A DNA stretch of 64,000 nt from Hoeflea sp. (GTDB lineage: Bacteria; Pseudomonadota; Alphaproteobacteria; Rhizobiales; Rhizobiaceae). Shown here piece by piece: positions 50,910 through 62,807 of this stretch (position 1 is the stretch's first letter; every line of letters starts with the position of its first letter). Below the pieces are notes generated by a model. That model was given only the letters and a program-made list of their open reading frames with translations. It did no database searches and was not told where the DNA came from. The stretch lies in assembly GCF_965230055.1 (NCBI RefSeq), contig NZ_OZ245939.1, one strand, 5' to 3'. The translations under genes and the position numbers were made by a program.

Positions 50910-53132
50910 ATGCCGCGCAAGAAAGCCCCAGCAAGCCGTATCGAGCCGTCTTTCGAGAAAAGCCGCTCCAGGCCGGCCAGGCGTACCGTCGCCGACGAAC
51001 GCGTGGCGGGAAAATCGCCGGGGCCGGCCAAGCGGCGCAAAAAGTCGTCGCCGAAACCGCGCAAGGCAAAGGCCCGCACCGGACGCAGCAGGATCGGCAC
51101 GGCTCTTCGCGCGATGGTGTACTGGAGCTTCGTGCTCGCGATCTGGGGCGGCATCGCGATCGCCGGCGTGGTGGCCTATTACGGTGCCCGCATGCCAAGC
51201 GCCGCCACCTGGTCGATCCCGGACCGTCCGCCCAACGTCAAGATCGTGTCGGCGCGCGGCGAGATCATGGCCAATCGCGGGGCCACCGGAGGCGAGGCGC
51301 TGCTTCTGGGCGACATGTCGCCCTATATCCCGGAGGCCGTGATCGCCATCGAGGACCGCAGGTTCTACTCGCACTTCGGCGTCGACCCGATTGGCCTGGC
51401 GCGCGCGATGTTCGCCAATGTGATGGCCGGGCGGATGGTTCAGGGCGGGTCCACCCTGACCCAGCAGTTGGCAAAGAACCTCTTCCTTTCGCCCGAGCGC
51501 ACGATCGAGCGCAAGGTCCAGGAAGTGCTGCTCGCCTTGTGGCTCGAACAACGCTTTGCCAAGGACCAGATCCTCGAGATGTACCTCAACCGTGTTTTCT
51601 TCGGCTCCGGCGCCTACGGGGTCGAGGCCGCCTCACGCAGGTACTTCCGCAAGCCGGCCCGTGACGTGACGCTTGCCGAGGCCGCGCTTCTTGCCGGACT
51701 TCTCAAGGCGCCCTCGCGTCTGTCGCCAGCCCGCAACCCCAAGGGCGCCGAGGAACGCGCACAGGTCGTGCTGGCCGCCATGCGTGAGACCGGGTCGATC
51801 ACCGACCGCGAAATCACCGCCGCCCTGACCAGTCCGCAGGTGCGTGCCAAGAGCTACTGGACCGGGTCCGAGAACTACGTCGCCGATCTCGTCATGAAGC
51901 GGCTGACGGACCTGATTGGTCCCGTGACCGAGGATCTGGTCGTCGACACCACAATCGACTTCCACCTTCAGCGCGAGGCGGAAAAGGCCATTCGCACCAG
52001 TCTCGATGCCGATGGCGCCAAGCTCAATGTCGGGCAGGGCGCGCTGGTGTCCGTCGATGGGACCGGAGCGGTGCGCGCGCTTGTCGGTGGCCGCGAATAT
52101 GCCACCAGCCAGTTCGACCGCGCCACCGAGGCCAAGCGGCAGCCCGGATCCGCATTCAAGCCATTCGTTTATGCTGCTGCGCTCGAACAGGGGCGGACTC
52201 CGCTTTCGGTTCGCAACGATGCCCCGGTGAAGATCGGGAAATGGACGCCGGAAAACTACAACGGCAAGTACCGCGGAGAGGTGACGCTTTCCGATGCGCT
52301 GACTTATTCGCTCAACACTGTTGCGGCACAGCTTGTTATGGAGGTTGGTCCCGGAACCGTGGTCAAGACCGCGCGGCGCCTCGGGATCGAGGCGGACATG
52401 AAGGCCAATGCGTCGATCGCGCTGGGAACCTCGGAGGTCACGCTGATGGAGCTGACCGCGGCCTATGCCCCGTTCATGAATGGCGGCTACAAGGCCACGC
52501 CGCATGTCATTCGGCGCGTCTCCACCGAGGACGGGAAGGTGCTCTACGAAAACGCCTACGACAATCCCCCGCGGGTGATCGACCCCTCGGTTGCCGCCAT
52601 GATGAACCAGATGCTGTTTCGCGTCGTCCAGGAAGGAACAGGTAAGAATGCCCGTCTTGACGGCTGGATGGCGGCGGGCAAGACCGGGACCAGCCAGTCG
52701 TTCCGTGACGCGCTTTTTGTCGGCTACACCGCAAACCTTGCGACCGGCGTCTGGTTCGGCAACGATGACGGCGCGCCCATGAAGAAGGTCACCGGCGGAG
52801 GCCTGCCGGCTAAAACCTGGAACAGCTTCATGCAGGCCGCCCATTCAGGCCTTCCCGTCACCGGTCTGCCCATGGCCGGCCCCCGGCCGCCTGTCGCGAT
52901 CGAGGGGGTGAGCCAGGGCGACCCCGGCGGGGCGGGCGATGATCCGATGGCCGATCTCGTCCGCGACCTGGCGCCGGTGCCGGTTTCCCGTGACGCCACG
53001 AGTGCCACGGGCGGAGGCAGCGGTTCCCGGCCGGTGCCGCCGGCGGATGTCGGCTCGGGCACTCCGCAACCCGGGGCGTTGCCCGAAGCGGGCAAACGAA
53101 CCACGCTGCTCGATATTCTGATGGGGAATTGA
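50910..53132 (+). CDS. Class A penicillin-binding protein (PBP1A family)
   Basis: Basic N-tail plus TM; EDRRFYSHFGVD, QGGSTLTQQLAKN, RKVQE; transpeptidase motifs SAFK, SLN, KTG. Confidence 0.94.
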   Translation: MPRKKAPASRIEPSFEKSRSRPARRTVADERVAGKSPGPAKRRKKSSPKPRKAKARTGRSRIGTALRAMVYWSFVLAIWGGIAIAGVVAYYGARMPSAATWSIPDRPPNVKIVSARGEIMANRGATGGEALLLGDMSPYIPEAVIAIEDRRFYSHFGVDPIGLARAMFANVMAGRMVQGGSTLTQQLAKNLFLSPERTIERKVQEVLLALWLEQRFAKDQILEMYLNRVFFGSGAYGVEAASRRYFRKPARDVTLAEAALLAGLLKAPSRLSPARNPKGAEERAQVVLAAMRETGSITDREITAALTSPQVRAKSYWTGSENYVADLVMKRLTDLIGPVTEDLVVDTTIDFHLQREAEKAIRTSLDADGAKLNVGQGALVSVDGTGAVRALVGGREYATSQFDRATEAKRQPGSAFKPFVYAAALEQGRTPLSVRNDAPVKIGKWTPENYNGKYRGEVTLSDALTYSLNTVAAQLVMEVGPGTVVKTARRLGIEADMKANASIALGTSEVTLMELTAAYAPFMNGGYKATPHVIRRVSTEDGKVLYENAYDNPPRVIDPSVAAMMNQMLFRVVQEGTGKNARLDGWMAAGKTGTSQSFRDALFVGYTANLATGVWFGNDDGAPMKKVTGGGLPAKTWNSFMQAAHSGLPVTGLPMAGPRPPVAIEGVSQGDPGGAGDDPMADLVRDLAPVPVSRDATSATGGGSGSRPVPPADVGSGTPQPGALPEAGKRTTLLDILMGN

Positions 53133-53346
53133 TCCGCCGGAGGCGTCGAATGGTCCACGCGACCATCATCGGCGGACAGCCTGCGAACGCCCTCCGGGTC
53201 ATGTCGATTGCGCGCCGCAGGATGGGCAAGACCCGGTGTCGGAGTTCGCAGATGAAGGAAAAGGGAATGGGGCCGCGAGGAATGGCGATACCCCATAATC
53301 TGCATAAAAAACACGGCGGGACCGTAGAACAGAAGCCCGGGGGGCG

Positions 53347-53375
53347 CTTGCAGTCTCGAAGTGACATTCTTATAT
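53347..53375 (+). promoter_or_regulatory. RpoH (sigma32)-type promoter of dnaK
   Basis: CTTG-N18-CTTATAT, matching the alphaproteobacterial heat-shock consensus. Confidence 0.7.
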
Positions 53376-53534
53376 ACGCCCCAGCGCCACCGGCATGGAG
53401 GCCATCGCAATGGTTTGATGCCGGGGCAGAGGAAACGGGCGGGAGCTCTCGTCCGGTTTTGGTATTGTCCCGTTAGGGGCTGTCAATGGAACGCCTGACC
53501 GGGTCCCGGCAGCTCGCTTCAAGGAGAAAGTAAC

Positions 53535-55463
<1,929 letters not shown>

Positions 55464-55493
55464 TCTGCTTCGATCTCCGGTAAAGACAACAAT

Positions 55494-55519
55494 AGGGCGC
55501 CCTGTCGGGCGCCCTTTTT
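55494..55519 (+). terminator. Intrinsic terminator after dnaK
   Basis: agggcgccc-tgtc-gggcgccct followed by a T-tract. Confidence 0.85.
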
Positions 55520-55625
55520 GCGTTAAGCCTAACAGCAAAGAATGCCGCGCGTTAACTTGAATGTTATGACCGTGCCGTTTTATTGCCTTTTGCCGCAGTG
55601 CGGACCGGGAAGGGGGCAAGTTGCA

Positions 55626-56723
55626 ATGAAGCAGGATTATCGGTTGTTCGGCGCCTGGCGCCTCCTGGCGGCAATGCTGGTGATGGCCTATCACTTCTCG
55701 CATTCCGCACCCGATGCCGAACCTGTCATCGCATGGTTCGAGCACATGCTGCCGCTGCTCGACATGTTCTTCATCATGTCCGGCTTCCTGATTTTCGAAC
55801 ACTACGGCGGCATGAAGAACAACGGAGAAAGCTATATCCGCTTTCTGATCAAGCGGCTTGCGCGGCTTTACCCGCTGCATTTCATCACCTTGTCGGTGTT
55901 CGTCGCCTTCGCAATCCTCGTGCATATGGGCGTGCTGCATTCCCAGGCTGCCGATACCCGTTACAATCTGATGTCCCTGCCCGCCAATCTGCTGCTGCTT
56001 CAGGCCTGGGGCGTGGAATCGGAACTCACTTTCAATTACGTCTCCTGGTCGGTTTCAGGTGAGTGGTTTGCCTATCTGATGTTTCCGCTGGTGCTTTTTG
56101 CCTTCTCTTTCAGGCGCGCCGCGGGTCTGGCAGTCCTGCTGGCCGCTTTGATCGTCTGCCTCGAAGTCGCCGACTCCGGAGCTACCGACAAGTATGATCT
56201 CTGGTTCAACACCAAGGTCTGGTCGGCCTACCGCATCGCCGCGGACTTCGTGTTCGGTGCGCTGCTTTGCGCCCTGGCAAGGAACATAAGGCCGCCGCGG
56301 TTCAGCCAGTGGCTGGCATGGACTGTCCTTGCCCTGGTGTTTGTGGCCATGTTCGCCGAGGCAAACATCTACCTGATCCTCGGCCTGTTCGGCGTTGCCA
56401 TCACGCTCGCGGCGCTGGCTGACAAGGAGGGCGGCTCCGACACCAGCTGGCTCAAGCCTGCCGCACCGGTCACTGCCGTCTCGTTCGGCGTCTATCTGTG
56501 GCATCCGGTGATCGAACTCTTCGCCTATTCCCTGGTCTGGAAGCGGATCGTCGCGACCGAGGATCCGTTTCTGTTCTGGTTCTACATGCCGGTACCGGCA
56601 ATTCTCACGATTCTTGTGGCGATGTACTCTGCACGGCATCTCGAACGGCCGGCCGGCAAGTGGCTCGAATCGACGCTCACGAATGCTCTTGATCGCCGCC
56701 TGGCGGCCTCCCGCGCCGCCTGA
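55626..56723 (+). CDS. Acyltransferase-3 family (OafA/ExoZ-like) membrane O-acyltransferase
   Basis: R..AAMLVMAYH, DMFFIMSGF, RLARLYPLH, WSVSGEWFAY, SFGVYLWH, LERP; about 10 TM segments. Confidence 0.9.
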   Translation: MKQDYRLFGAWRLLAAMLVMAYHFSHSAPDAEPVIAWFEHMLPLLDMFFIMSGFLIFEHYGGMKNNGESYIRFLIKRLARLYPLHFITLSVFVAFAILVHMGVLHSQAADTRYNLMSLPANLLLLQAWGVESELTFNYVSWSVSGEWFAYLMFPLVLFAFSFRRAAGLAVLLAALIVCLEVADSGATDKYDLWFNTKVWSAYRIAADFVFGALLCALARNIRPPRFSQWLAWTVLALVFVAMFAEANIYLILGLFGVAITLAALADKEGGSDTSWLKPAAPVTAVSFGVYLWHPVIELFAYSLVWKRIVATEDPFLFWFYMPVPAILTILVAMYSARHLERPAGKWLESTLTNALDRRLAASRAA

Positions 56724-56763
56724 ACCGGCCTGAACCCTGCGGGGAACGGCCCATTATCTGGCT

Positions 56764-56793
56764 TTCCGGCCCCGTTCGGGGCTGGAATTTTTT
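56764..56793 (+). terminator. Intrinsic terminator after the acyltransferase gene
   Basis: ttccggcccc-gttc-ggggctggaa followed by T6. Confidence 0.7.
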
Positions 56794-56929
56794 CGGTCCA
56801 GTGACTACATGACGCAGTGGGCGGTTGTTCTGCCCTGTCAAGTTCAGTCAGTAACCTCGAGTGTCTACAGTGTCCCCGTGACCTTCCGGTCCAGACGACG
56901 GGCACTCCGGAAAAGAGATAACGGATAAA

Positions 56930-58075
56930 ATGGCCAAGCCAGACTTCTATGAAACGCTTGGTGTAGCGCGTGATGCCGACGAGAAGGAGCTCAAGAGCGC
57001 CTTTCGCAAGCTAGCCATGAAGTATCATCCGGACAAGAATCCGGACGACAAGGAAGCCGAACGCCGGTTCAAGGAGATCAATGAGGCTTACGAGTTCCTC
57101 AAGGATCCGCAGAAACGCGCGGCTTATGACCGGTTTGGCCATGCTGCCTTCGAACAGGGCGGTCCCGGCGGCATGGGCGGCGGCGGCGGATTTGGCGCCG
57201 GGGGCGGCGGTTTCTCCGACATTTTCGAGGACATCTTCGGCGAGATGATGGGCGGCGGACGTGGCCGCCGTTCGGCCGGTGGCCGTGAGCGCGGAGCCGA
57301 TCTGCGCTACAACATGGAAATCTCGCTTGAGGAAGCCTATTCCGGCAAGACGGCCCAGATCCGGGTTCCGACCTCCATTACCTGTGACGTTTGCACGGGA
57401 TCGGGAGCCAAGCCCGGCACCCAGCCGTCGACCTGTTCCACCTGCGGCGGCGCCGGCCGTGTCCGCGCCGCGCAGGGCTTCTTTTCGATCGAACGCACCT
57501 GTCCGACCTGTCACGGGCGCGGTCAGACCATCACCGACCCCTGCACCAAATGCGGCGGCCAGGGTCGTGTGACCGAGGAGCGGTCCCTGTCGGTCAACAT
57601 TCCCGCAGGCATCGAGGATGGAACCCGGATTCGGCTCGCAGGCGAGGGCGAAGCCGGGATGCGGGGCGGCCCCACCGGAGATCTTTACATCTTCTTGTCG
57701 GTTCGGCCGCACGCCGTCTTCCAGCGCGAGGGCGCGGATCTGTTCTGCACGGTTCCGATTTCGATGACCACTGCAGCGCTTGGCGGCAAGTTCGATATCA
57801 CCACCATGGATGGGACCCGCTCGCGCGTCACCGTGCCCGAAGGCACCCAGCCCGGCAAGGAACTCAGGCTGCGCGGCAAGGGAATGCCGGTGCTGCGGTC
57901 CTCGCAGTTCGGTGATCTCTACATCCGCATCACCATTGAGACCCCGCAAAAGCTGTCCAAACGCCAGCGTGAATTGCTGGAAGAATTCCATGAACTCTCT
58001 TCCAAGGAGAACAGCCCCGAATCGGCCGGTTTCTTCTCCCGGATGAAGGGGTTCTTCGACACGCTGACGGATTGA
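56930..58075 (+). CDS. dnaJ: Chaperone DnaJ
   Basis: J domain with HPD, G/F-rich linker, four CxxCxGxG repeats. Confidence 0.98.
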   Translation: MAKPDFYETLGVARDADEKELKSAFRKLAMKYHPDKNPDDKEAERRFKEINEAYEFLKDPQKRAAYDRFGHAAFEQGGPGGMGGGGGFGAGGGGFSDIFEDIFGEMMGGGRGRRSAGGRERGADLRYNMEISLEEAYSGKTAQIRVPTSITCDVCTGSGAKPGTQPSTCSTCGGAGRVRAAQGFFSIERTCPTCHGRGQTITDPCTKCGGQGRVTEERSLSVNIPAGIEDGTRIRLAGEGEAGMRGGPTGDLYIFLSVRPHAVFQREGADLFCTVPISMTTAALGGKFDITTMDGTRSRVTVPEGTQPGKELRLRGKGMPVLRSSQFGDLYIRITIETPQKLSKRQRELLEEFHELSSKENSPESAGFFSRMKGFFDTLTD

Positions 58076-58159
58076 CGCGGGCAGTCCCGGCGCTTGCAGC
58101 GCCCGGGGCCGCCGCCGCTTCGAAACAAGGCCCCCGGCCGTCTTGGGAGGATTCCGCGC

Positions 58160-58756
58160 TTGGACAGGAGCTTTTCGAGACGGCTGGCTATGCGGTTTGA
58201 CGACCATTTCCGGTTTTTCAGGTCGTGGATCGACCGGCCGCGCAATGTCGGCGCTATCTTTCCCACCTCGACGATCGCAGCACGCTCGATGGCTTCCGTT
58301 GCAAATCCCGCTTCGGGGCTTCCGGTGCTCGAACTTGGCCCCGGGACGGGTGTAATAACCCGTGCGATCATCGAGCGTGGCGTGGCGCCTTCGAGCATTG
58401 TTTCCGTCGAGTACTGCCCCGAGTTCCACGCCCGGCTGGCGCTGGATCACCCCGACGTCAACTTCGTTCTCGGGGATGCCTTCGATCTCGATACCGCGCT
58501 TGGGGCCATGGGCCGGCAGAAGTTCGATTGCGCCGTGTCCGGAATTCCCCTGCTCAATTTCCCGGTTCCTGCCCGGATTGCCCTCATCGAGGATCTCCTG
58601 GGGCGGCTGCCGCCTGGCCGCCCCGTCGTGCAGTTCTCCTACGGACCGGTTTCCCCGGTGCCTGGGGGCAGCGGCAGTTTCGAGATTACCCACCATGATT
58701 TCGTGATGCGCAACGTCCCGCCGGCCCGGCTCTGGCGGTACAGCCGGCCCGGGTGA
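58160..58756 (+). CDS. pmtA: Phospholipid N-methyltransferase PmtA
   Basis: VGAIFPTS, VLELGPGTG (SAM-binding), SGIPLLNFP, QFSYG; TTG start after GGGAGG; dnaJ-pmtA synteny. Confidence 0.9.
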   Translation: MDRSFSRRLAMRFDDHFRFFRSWIDRPRNVGAIFPTSTIAARSMASVANPASGLPVLELGPGTGVITRAIIERGVAPSSIVSVEYCPEFHARLALDHPDVNFVLGDAFDLDTALGAMGRQKFDCAVSGIPLLNFPVPARIALIEDLLGRLPPGRPVVQFSYGPVSPVPGGSGSFEITHHDFVMRNVPPARLWRYSRPG

Positions 58757-58867
58757 TGCGTCGCGCTCAATGACATCGTCCAGGCATCGCCATTTACCGC
58801 CGTGCTGTCCCATCTATATCTTCCGGACGTCCCCTATCGTTTTCTGCAAAGTCACTACGGAGATCCC

Positions 58868-59455
58868 ATGCCACCGAGAATTCTGGTTATTCCCGGCTCC
58901 AACAGGTCCGGTTCCTTCAATGCGGCGCTTGCTTCGGCAGTTTCCGTTGAACTGGTGCAGCAGGGCGCCGATGTTTCCCGGATTTCGCTGATCGATTACC
59001 CGCTGCCCATCGTGGATGAGAACCTCAAGAATGAATCGGGAATTCCCGACAACGCAATGAAGCTCGGCCGACAGATCGCCGCCCATGATGGCGTCTTTCT
59101 TTGCTGTCCGGAGTACAACTCGTCGATTCCGCCGCTGCTCAAGAACATGATCGACTGGGTCAGCCTGATTTCCCGCGACGGCGACAAGCCCTTAAAGCCC
59201 TGGGCCGGGCGCTATGTCGCGCTGGGCTCCGCTTCGAACGGAAAGTTCGCGGGCATACGCGGGCTCTACCATGTCCGGTCGGTAATGATGAATGTCGGAA
59301 CCCAGGTGATCAGCGAGCAGTGCTCGATCGGTGCGGCTGCAAGCGCCTTTGACGAGTCCGGAAACCTGAAGGACGAGCGCAGCCAGGCGATTCTTTCGTC
59401 CACCTGCCGGTCCCTGATCGCCCACTGCGCCATGGCCACGTCCATGCGCGGCTGA
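58868..59455 (+). CDS. NADPH-dependent FMN reductase
   Basis: GSNRSGSFN, PEYNSSIPPLLKNMIDW. Confidence 0.92.
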   Translation: MPPRILVIPGSNRSGSFNAALASAVSVELVQQGADVSRISLIDYPLPIVDENLKNESGIPDNAMKLGRQIAAHDGVFLCCPEYNSSIPPLLKNMIDWVSLISRDGDKPLKPWAGRYVALGSASNGKFAGIRGLYHVRSVMMNVGTQVISEQCSIGAAASAFDESGNLKDERSQAILSSTCRSLIAHCAMATSMRG

Positions 59456-59603
59456 TGTCTGTCGTCTGGTTCCCCGAAAGGAGCCGGACATGCCGCGCAG
59501 CCACATCTCCTGTTCGTGACACGAGTCTCGCTCCCGGCTCCCTCCTGGGCTATTGCGGTCTTGGCGGCTTCATGCGAGGACCGGACAAACGAAGGGATGC
59601 GTC

Positions 59604-60332
59604 ATGCAGAATGCTGCGCCTGATCAGGAACGCCCTGAACCGCCGATTGCCGATCCGCGACTGATCGTCGGTCTGGATGTGCCCACGATTGCAGAGGCCG
59701 AGACCCGCGTTGAGCAGATCGGCGACGAGGCCGTGTTCTTCAAGATCGGTTATCAGCTCGCCTTTGCGGGCGGGCTGTCGCTGGCGCGCGATCTCAAGGC
59801 CTCCGGCCGCAAGGTGTTCCTCGACATGAAATTGCTGGACATCGACAACACGGTCGCCAAGGGCGTCGAGAGCATCCTCGCCATGGGTGTCGACATGCTG
59901 ACGCTGCATGCCTATCCGAAGGCGATGAGGGCTGCGGTCGAGGCCGCCAGGGGCAGTGACCTTTGCCTTCTCGGTGTAACCGTTCTGACGTCGATGGATG
60001 CCGCAGACCTTCAGGAAGCGGGATATGCCTGCTCGCCCGACGAACTGGTTCTTCGCCGCGCCGAACAGGCGCGAAGCTGCGGAATGGGCGGCATTGTCTG
60101 CGCTGCCACCGAAGCCGCCGCTGTCCGGAGGGTCGTCGGCCCTGGCATGGCCGTCGTCACGCCGGGAATCCGGCCGGCCGGCGCGGATCACGGGGATCAG
60201 AAGCGGGTCATGACACCTGCGGATGCACTTTCCGCCGGCGCCAGCCATTTGGTGGTGGCGCGGCCGATCGTTGCCGCAGAAGATCCTGCCGCCGCGGCGC
60301 GGAAGATTCGCATGGAAATGCAGCCCGCCTGA
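59604..60332 (+). CDS. pyrF: Orotidine-5'-phosphate decarboxylase
   Basis: [39 protein letters not shown]. Confidence 0.96.
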   Translation: MQNAAPDQERPEPPIADPRLIVGLDVPTIAEAETRVEQIGDEAVFFKIGYQLAFAGGLSLARDLKASGRKVFLDMKLLDIDNTVAKGVESILAMGVDMLTLHAYPKAMRAAVEAARGSDLCLLGVTVLTSMDAADLQEAGYACSPDELVLRRAEQARSCGMGGIVCAATEAAAVRRVVGPGMAVVTPGIRPAGADHGDQKRVMTPADALSAGASHLVVARPIVAAEDPAAAARKIRMEMQPA

Positions 60333-60360
60333 GCGCGGGAGCTGGAGGAGCAATCAGATC

Positions 60361-60654
60361 ATGCCCAAGGGATACTGGATCGGACGCGTCGATGTACGCG
60401 ATCCGGAGGCCTACAAGGCCTATGTCGAAACCGCCACGCCCGCCTACAGGGAATTCGGCGCAAGATTCCTTGTCCGGGGCGGCGCGTTCGAGGCGGCCGA
60501 GGGTCATTCCCGCGCCAGAAACGTGGTGATCGAATTTCCAAGCTATGAAGCGGCGAAGGCCTGCTACGAGTCCGAAACCTACCGGAAGGCGCGGGCGATC
60601 CGCCAGGAGGTTTCCGAAGGTGAAATCATCATTGTCGAAGGTTACGAAGGCTGA
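60361..60654 (+). CDS. DUF1330 family protein
   Basis: MPKGYWI, GARFLVRGG, VVIEFPSYE.A..CY.S..Y. Confidence 0.9.
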   Translation: MPKGYWIGRVDVRDPEAYKAYVETATPAYREFGARFLVRGGAFEAAEGHSRARNVVIEFPSYEAAKACYESETYRKARAIRQEVSEGEIIIVEGYEG

Positions 60655-60809
60655 CCGCGGCGTTCGGCCCGGACCCGATCTGCCACAGGCTGTGATTCGC
60701 ACTTCACCTTGGCGCGCTTTTTGACTAAGAGCGTGTTAAGTCACTTGTGCCGAGCCAATTGCCTGACATTGTCGGGCCAAGCGAAAAGATCCTGCCAGGG
60801 AGTGCATCG

Positions 60810-61790
60810 ATGTCCACGCTGAACCAACCCAAGCTCGTAACCGTGTTCGGCGGATCCGGCTTCGTGGGCCGTCACGTGGTCAGGGCGCTTGCGCGCCGCG
60901 GCTACCGGATCCGGGTGGCGGTTCGCCGCCCCGACCTCGCAGGTCACCTTCAGCCGCTCGGCGGCGTTGGCCAGATCGCTGCGGTGCAGGCCAACCTCAG
61001 AAACCGGGATTCGGTGGACCGTGCCGTCCGGGGCGCCGATCACGTCATCAATTGTGTGGGCATTCTCTTCGAATCCGGTCGCAATTCCTTTGATGCCGTC
61101 CAGGATTTCGGCGCGCGCGCGGTCGCGGAAGCCGCCCGCGCAGAAGGTGCCGGGCTTACCCACGTTTCCGCCATCGGCGCTGACCCGGAATCCGGTTCGA
61201 TCTATGCCCGCTCGAAAGCCCGTGCCGAGGCTGCCATTGCCAAGATCGCCCCGGACGCAGTGATCATGCGGCCGTCGATCATTTTCGGGCCGGAAGACGA
61301 CTTCTTCAACAAGTTTGCCGAAATGGCGCGCCTTTCGCCCGCCTTGCCGCTGATCGGCGGCGGCGAGACCAGGTTCCAGCCGGTGTATGTCGGCGATGTC
61401 GCCGAGGCGGTTGCGCGCAGCGTGGACGGCAAGCTCAAGGCCGGCACGATCTACGAACTCGGCGGGCCGCGCGTCATGACCTTCAAGCAGTGCCTCGAGG
61501 AAGTCCTTGAAACCGTCCATCGCAAGCGCATGCTGATGCCGCTGCCGTGGGGACTGGCCTCGCTTGTCGGAAAGCTTGCGTCCCTGGTTCCGTTTATCGA
61601 CCCGCCGCTGACCTCCGATCAGGTGACCCTGCTCAAGACCGACAATGTTGTCTCGGGTGAGGCGGACGCCGATGACCGGACGCTTTCGGGCATGGGAATC
61701 CGTCCGACCACCATCGAGGCCGTATTGCCGTCCTATCTCGGCCGCTACCGGCCGCACGGCCAGTACAGCGGCACGGGCAGCGAGGCCTGA
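60810..61790 (+). CDS. Complex I NDUFA9-like atypical short-chain dehydrogenase
   Basis: VFGGSGFVGRHVV, YARSKA, RPSIIFGPED, FQPVYVGDVA. Confidence 0.92.
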   Translation: MSTLNQPKLVTVFGGSGFVGRHVVRALARRGYRIRVAVRRPDLAGHLQPLGGVGQIAAVQANLRNRDSVDRAVRGADHVINCVGILFESGRNSFDAVQDFGARAVAEAARAEGAGLTHVSAIGADPESGSIYARSKARAEAAIAKIAPDAVIMRPSIIFGPEDDFFNKFAEMARLSPALPLIGGGETRFQPVYVGDVAEAVARSVDGKLKAGTIYELGGPRVMTFKQCLEEVLETVHRKRMLMPLPWGLASLVGKLASLVPFIDPPLTSDQVTLLKTDNVVSGEADADDRTLSGMGIRPTTIEAVLPSYLGRYRPHGQYSGTGSEA

Positions 61791-62572
61791 GCAACGCGCC
61801 GGAGATAGTTCTTGCGGCGCTGGCGCCGCAGGACATCGGCCACTGGGCTGCCTTTTCACTGATAGGTGCCAGCTTCTTCACTTCGGCGCTGACGGCTTCC
61901 GCCGGCATTGGCGGCGGGTTGGCGCTTCTGGCCCTGATGGGCTATCTCGTGCCCGTAACGGCCATAATCCCGCTCCACGGCGTGGTGCAGCTGGGATCCA
62001 ATATCGGCCGGGCCGCCCTTCTTTACAGCCATGTCGCATGGATCTGCCTCGCCGCATTTCTGGCGGGCGCGCTTCCCGGAGCATGGCTCGGCGGGCTCGC
62101 CGTCGGTGCTCTGCCGGACAACGTCCTAAAGGCCGCCCTGGGAATGTTCATCCTTGTGATTACATGGGCGCGCCTGCCGCGGCTGGCGGCCATGAGCCTT
62201 CCGGGCTTTGCCGTGACGGGAGCGATCACCACGTTCCTGACCATGCTGTTTGGCGCGACCGGACCGCTCAATGCCGTGGTCCTGTCGAAAGCCTTTCCGG
62301 AGCGGCTCCGCTTTCAGGCCACGAGCGCCTCCATCATGACCGCACAGCATCTGGTCAAGACGATTGTCTTTGCCCTGTCGGGCTTTGTCTTCGCACCGTG
62401 GGTTCCGCTGATTGCCGCGATGATCCTGACCGGTCTGGCGGGCACCTGGGTGGGGACCCGGATCCTGCGCCGGATGCCGGAAACCCGCTTCCGGCTGGTG
62501 TTCAAGATCTGCCTGACGGTGCTGGCGCTGGATCTGGCCCGCCGGGGTGTTGCCGGAATGGCGCATGGTTAG
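61787..62572 (+). CDS. TauE/SafE family sulfite exporter; probable CTG start
   Basis: AGIGGG, HGVVQLGSN, GATGP motifs; frame open and hydrophobic well upstream of the first TTG (61919); start position inferred. Confidence 0.8.
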   Translation: MSNAPEIVLAALAPQDIGHWAAFSLIGASFFTSALTASAGIGGGLALLALMGYLVPVTAIIPLHGVVQLGSNIGRAALLYSHVAWICLAAFLAGALPGAWLGGLAVGALPDNVLKAALGMFILVITWARLPRLAAMSLPGFAVTGAITTFLTMLFGATGPLNAVVLSKAFPERLRFQATSASIMTAQHLVKTIVFALSGFVFAPWVPLIAAMILTGLAGTWVGTRILRRMPETRFRLVFKICLTVLALDLARRGVAGMAHG

Positions 62573-62588
62573 CAAAGATTTAAGATTC
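62569..62588. promoter_or_regulatory. CtrA-like box (TTAA-N7-CTAAC on the - strand) abutting a GANTC site
   Basis: ggTTAG caaagat TTAA GATTC; one mismatch to consensus. Confidence 0.45.
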
Positions 62589-62807
62589 ACCGGTTTTATT
62601 GAAGCCACGGCTCATTGAGCCCTTGATCGGGGCAGATGGTCCGGCTACATCGCACCCGCTTCTTCGAAAGCGGGCGCCTTCGCATGAACGCGGTGCAACC
62701 GGTTTGCTCGGCAGACCGTTCCTTGAACCGTCGTCCGTGTCAGGCTGGCTGCGCGGATTTCACATTTCGCGCGGCATATCTGGAACGACAAGCCGGGAAC
62801 GATCCAC

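Noticed and set aside
52880-53132. Pro/Gly-rich low-complexity C-terminal tail of the class A PBP
   Set aside because: Disordered tails are common on alphaproteobacterial class A PBPs; no repeat unit or domain visible
53133-53534. CIRCE (HrcA) element before dnaK or dnaJ
   Set aside because: No TTAGCACTC-N9-GAGTGCTAA-like sequence in either upstream region
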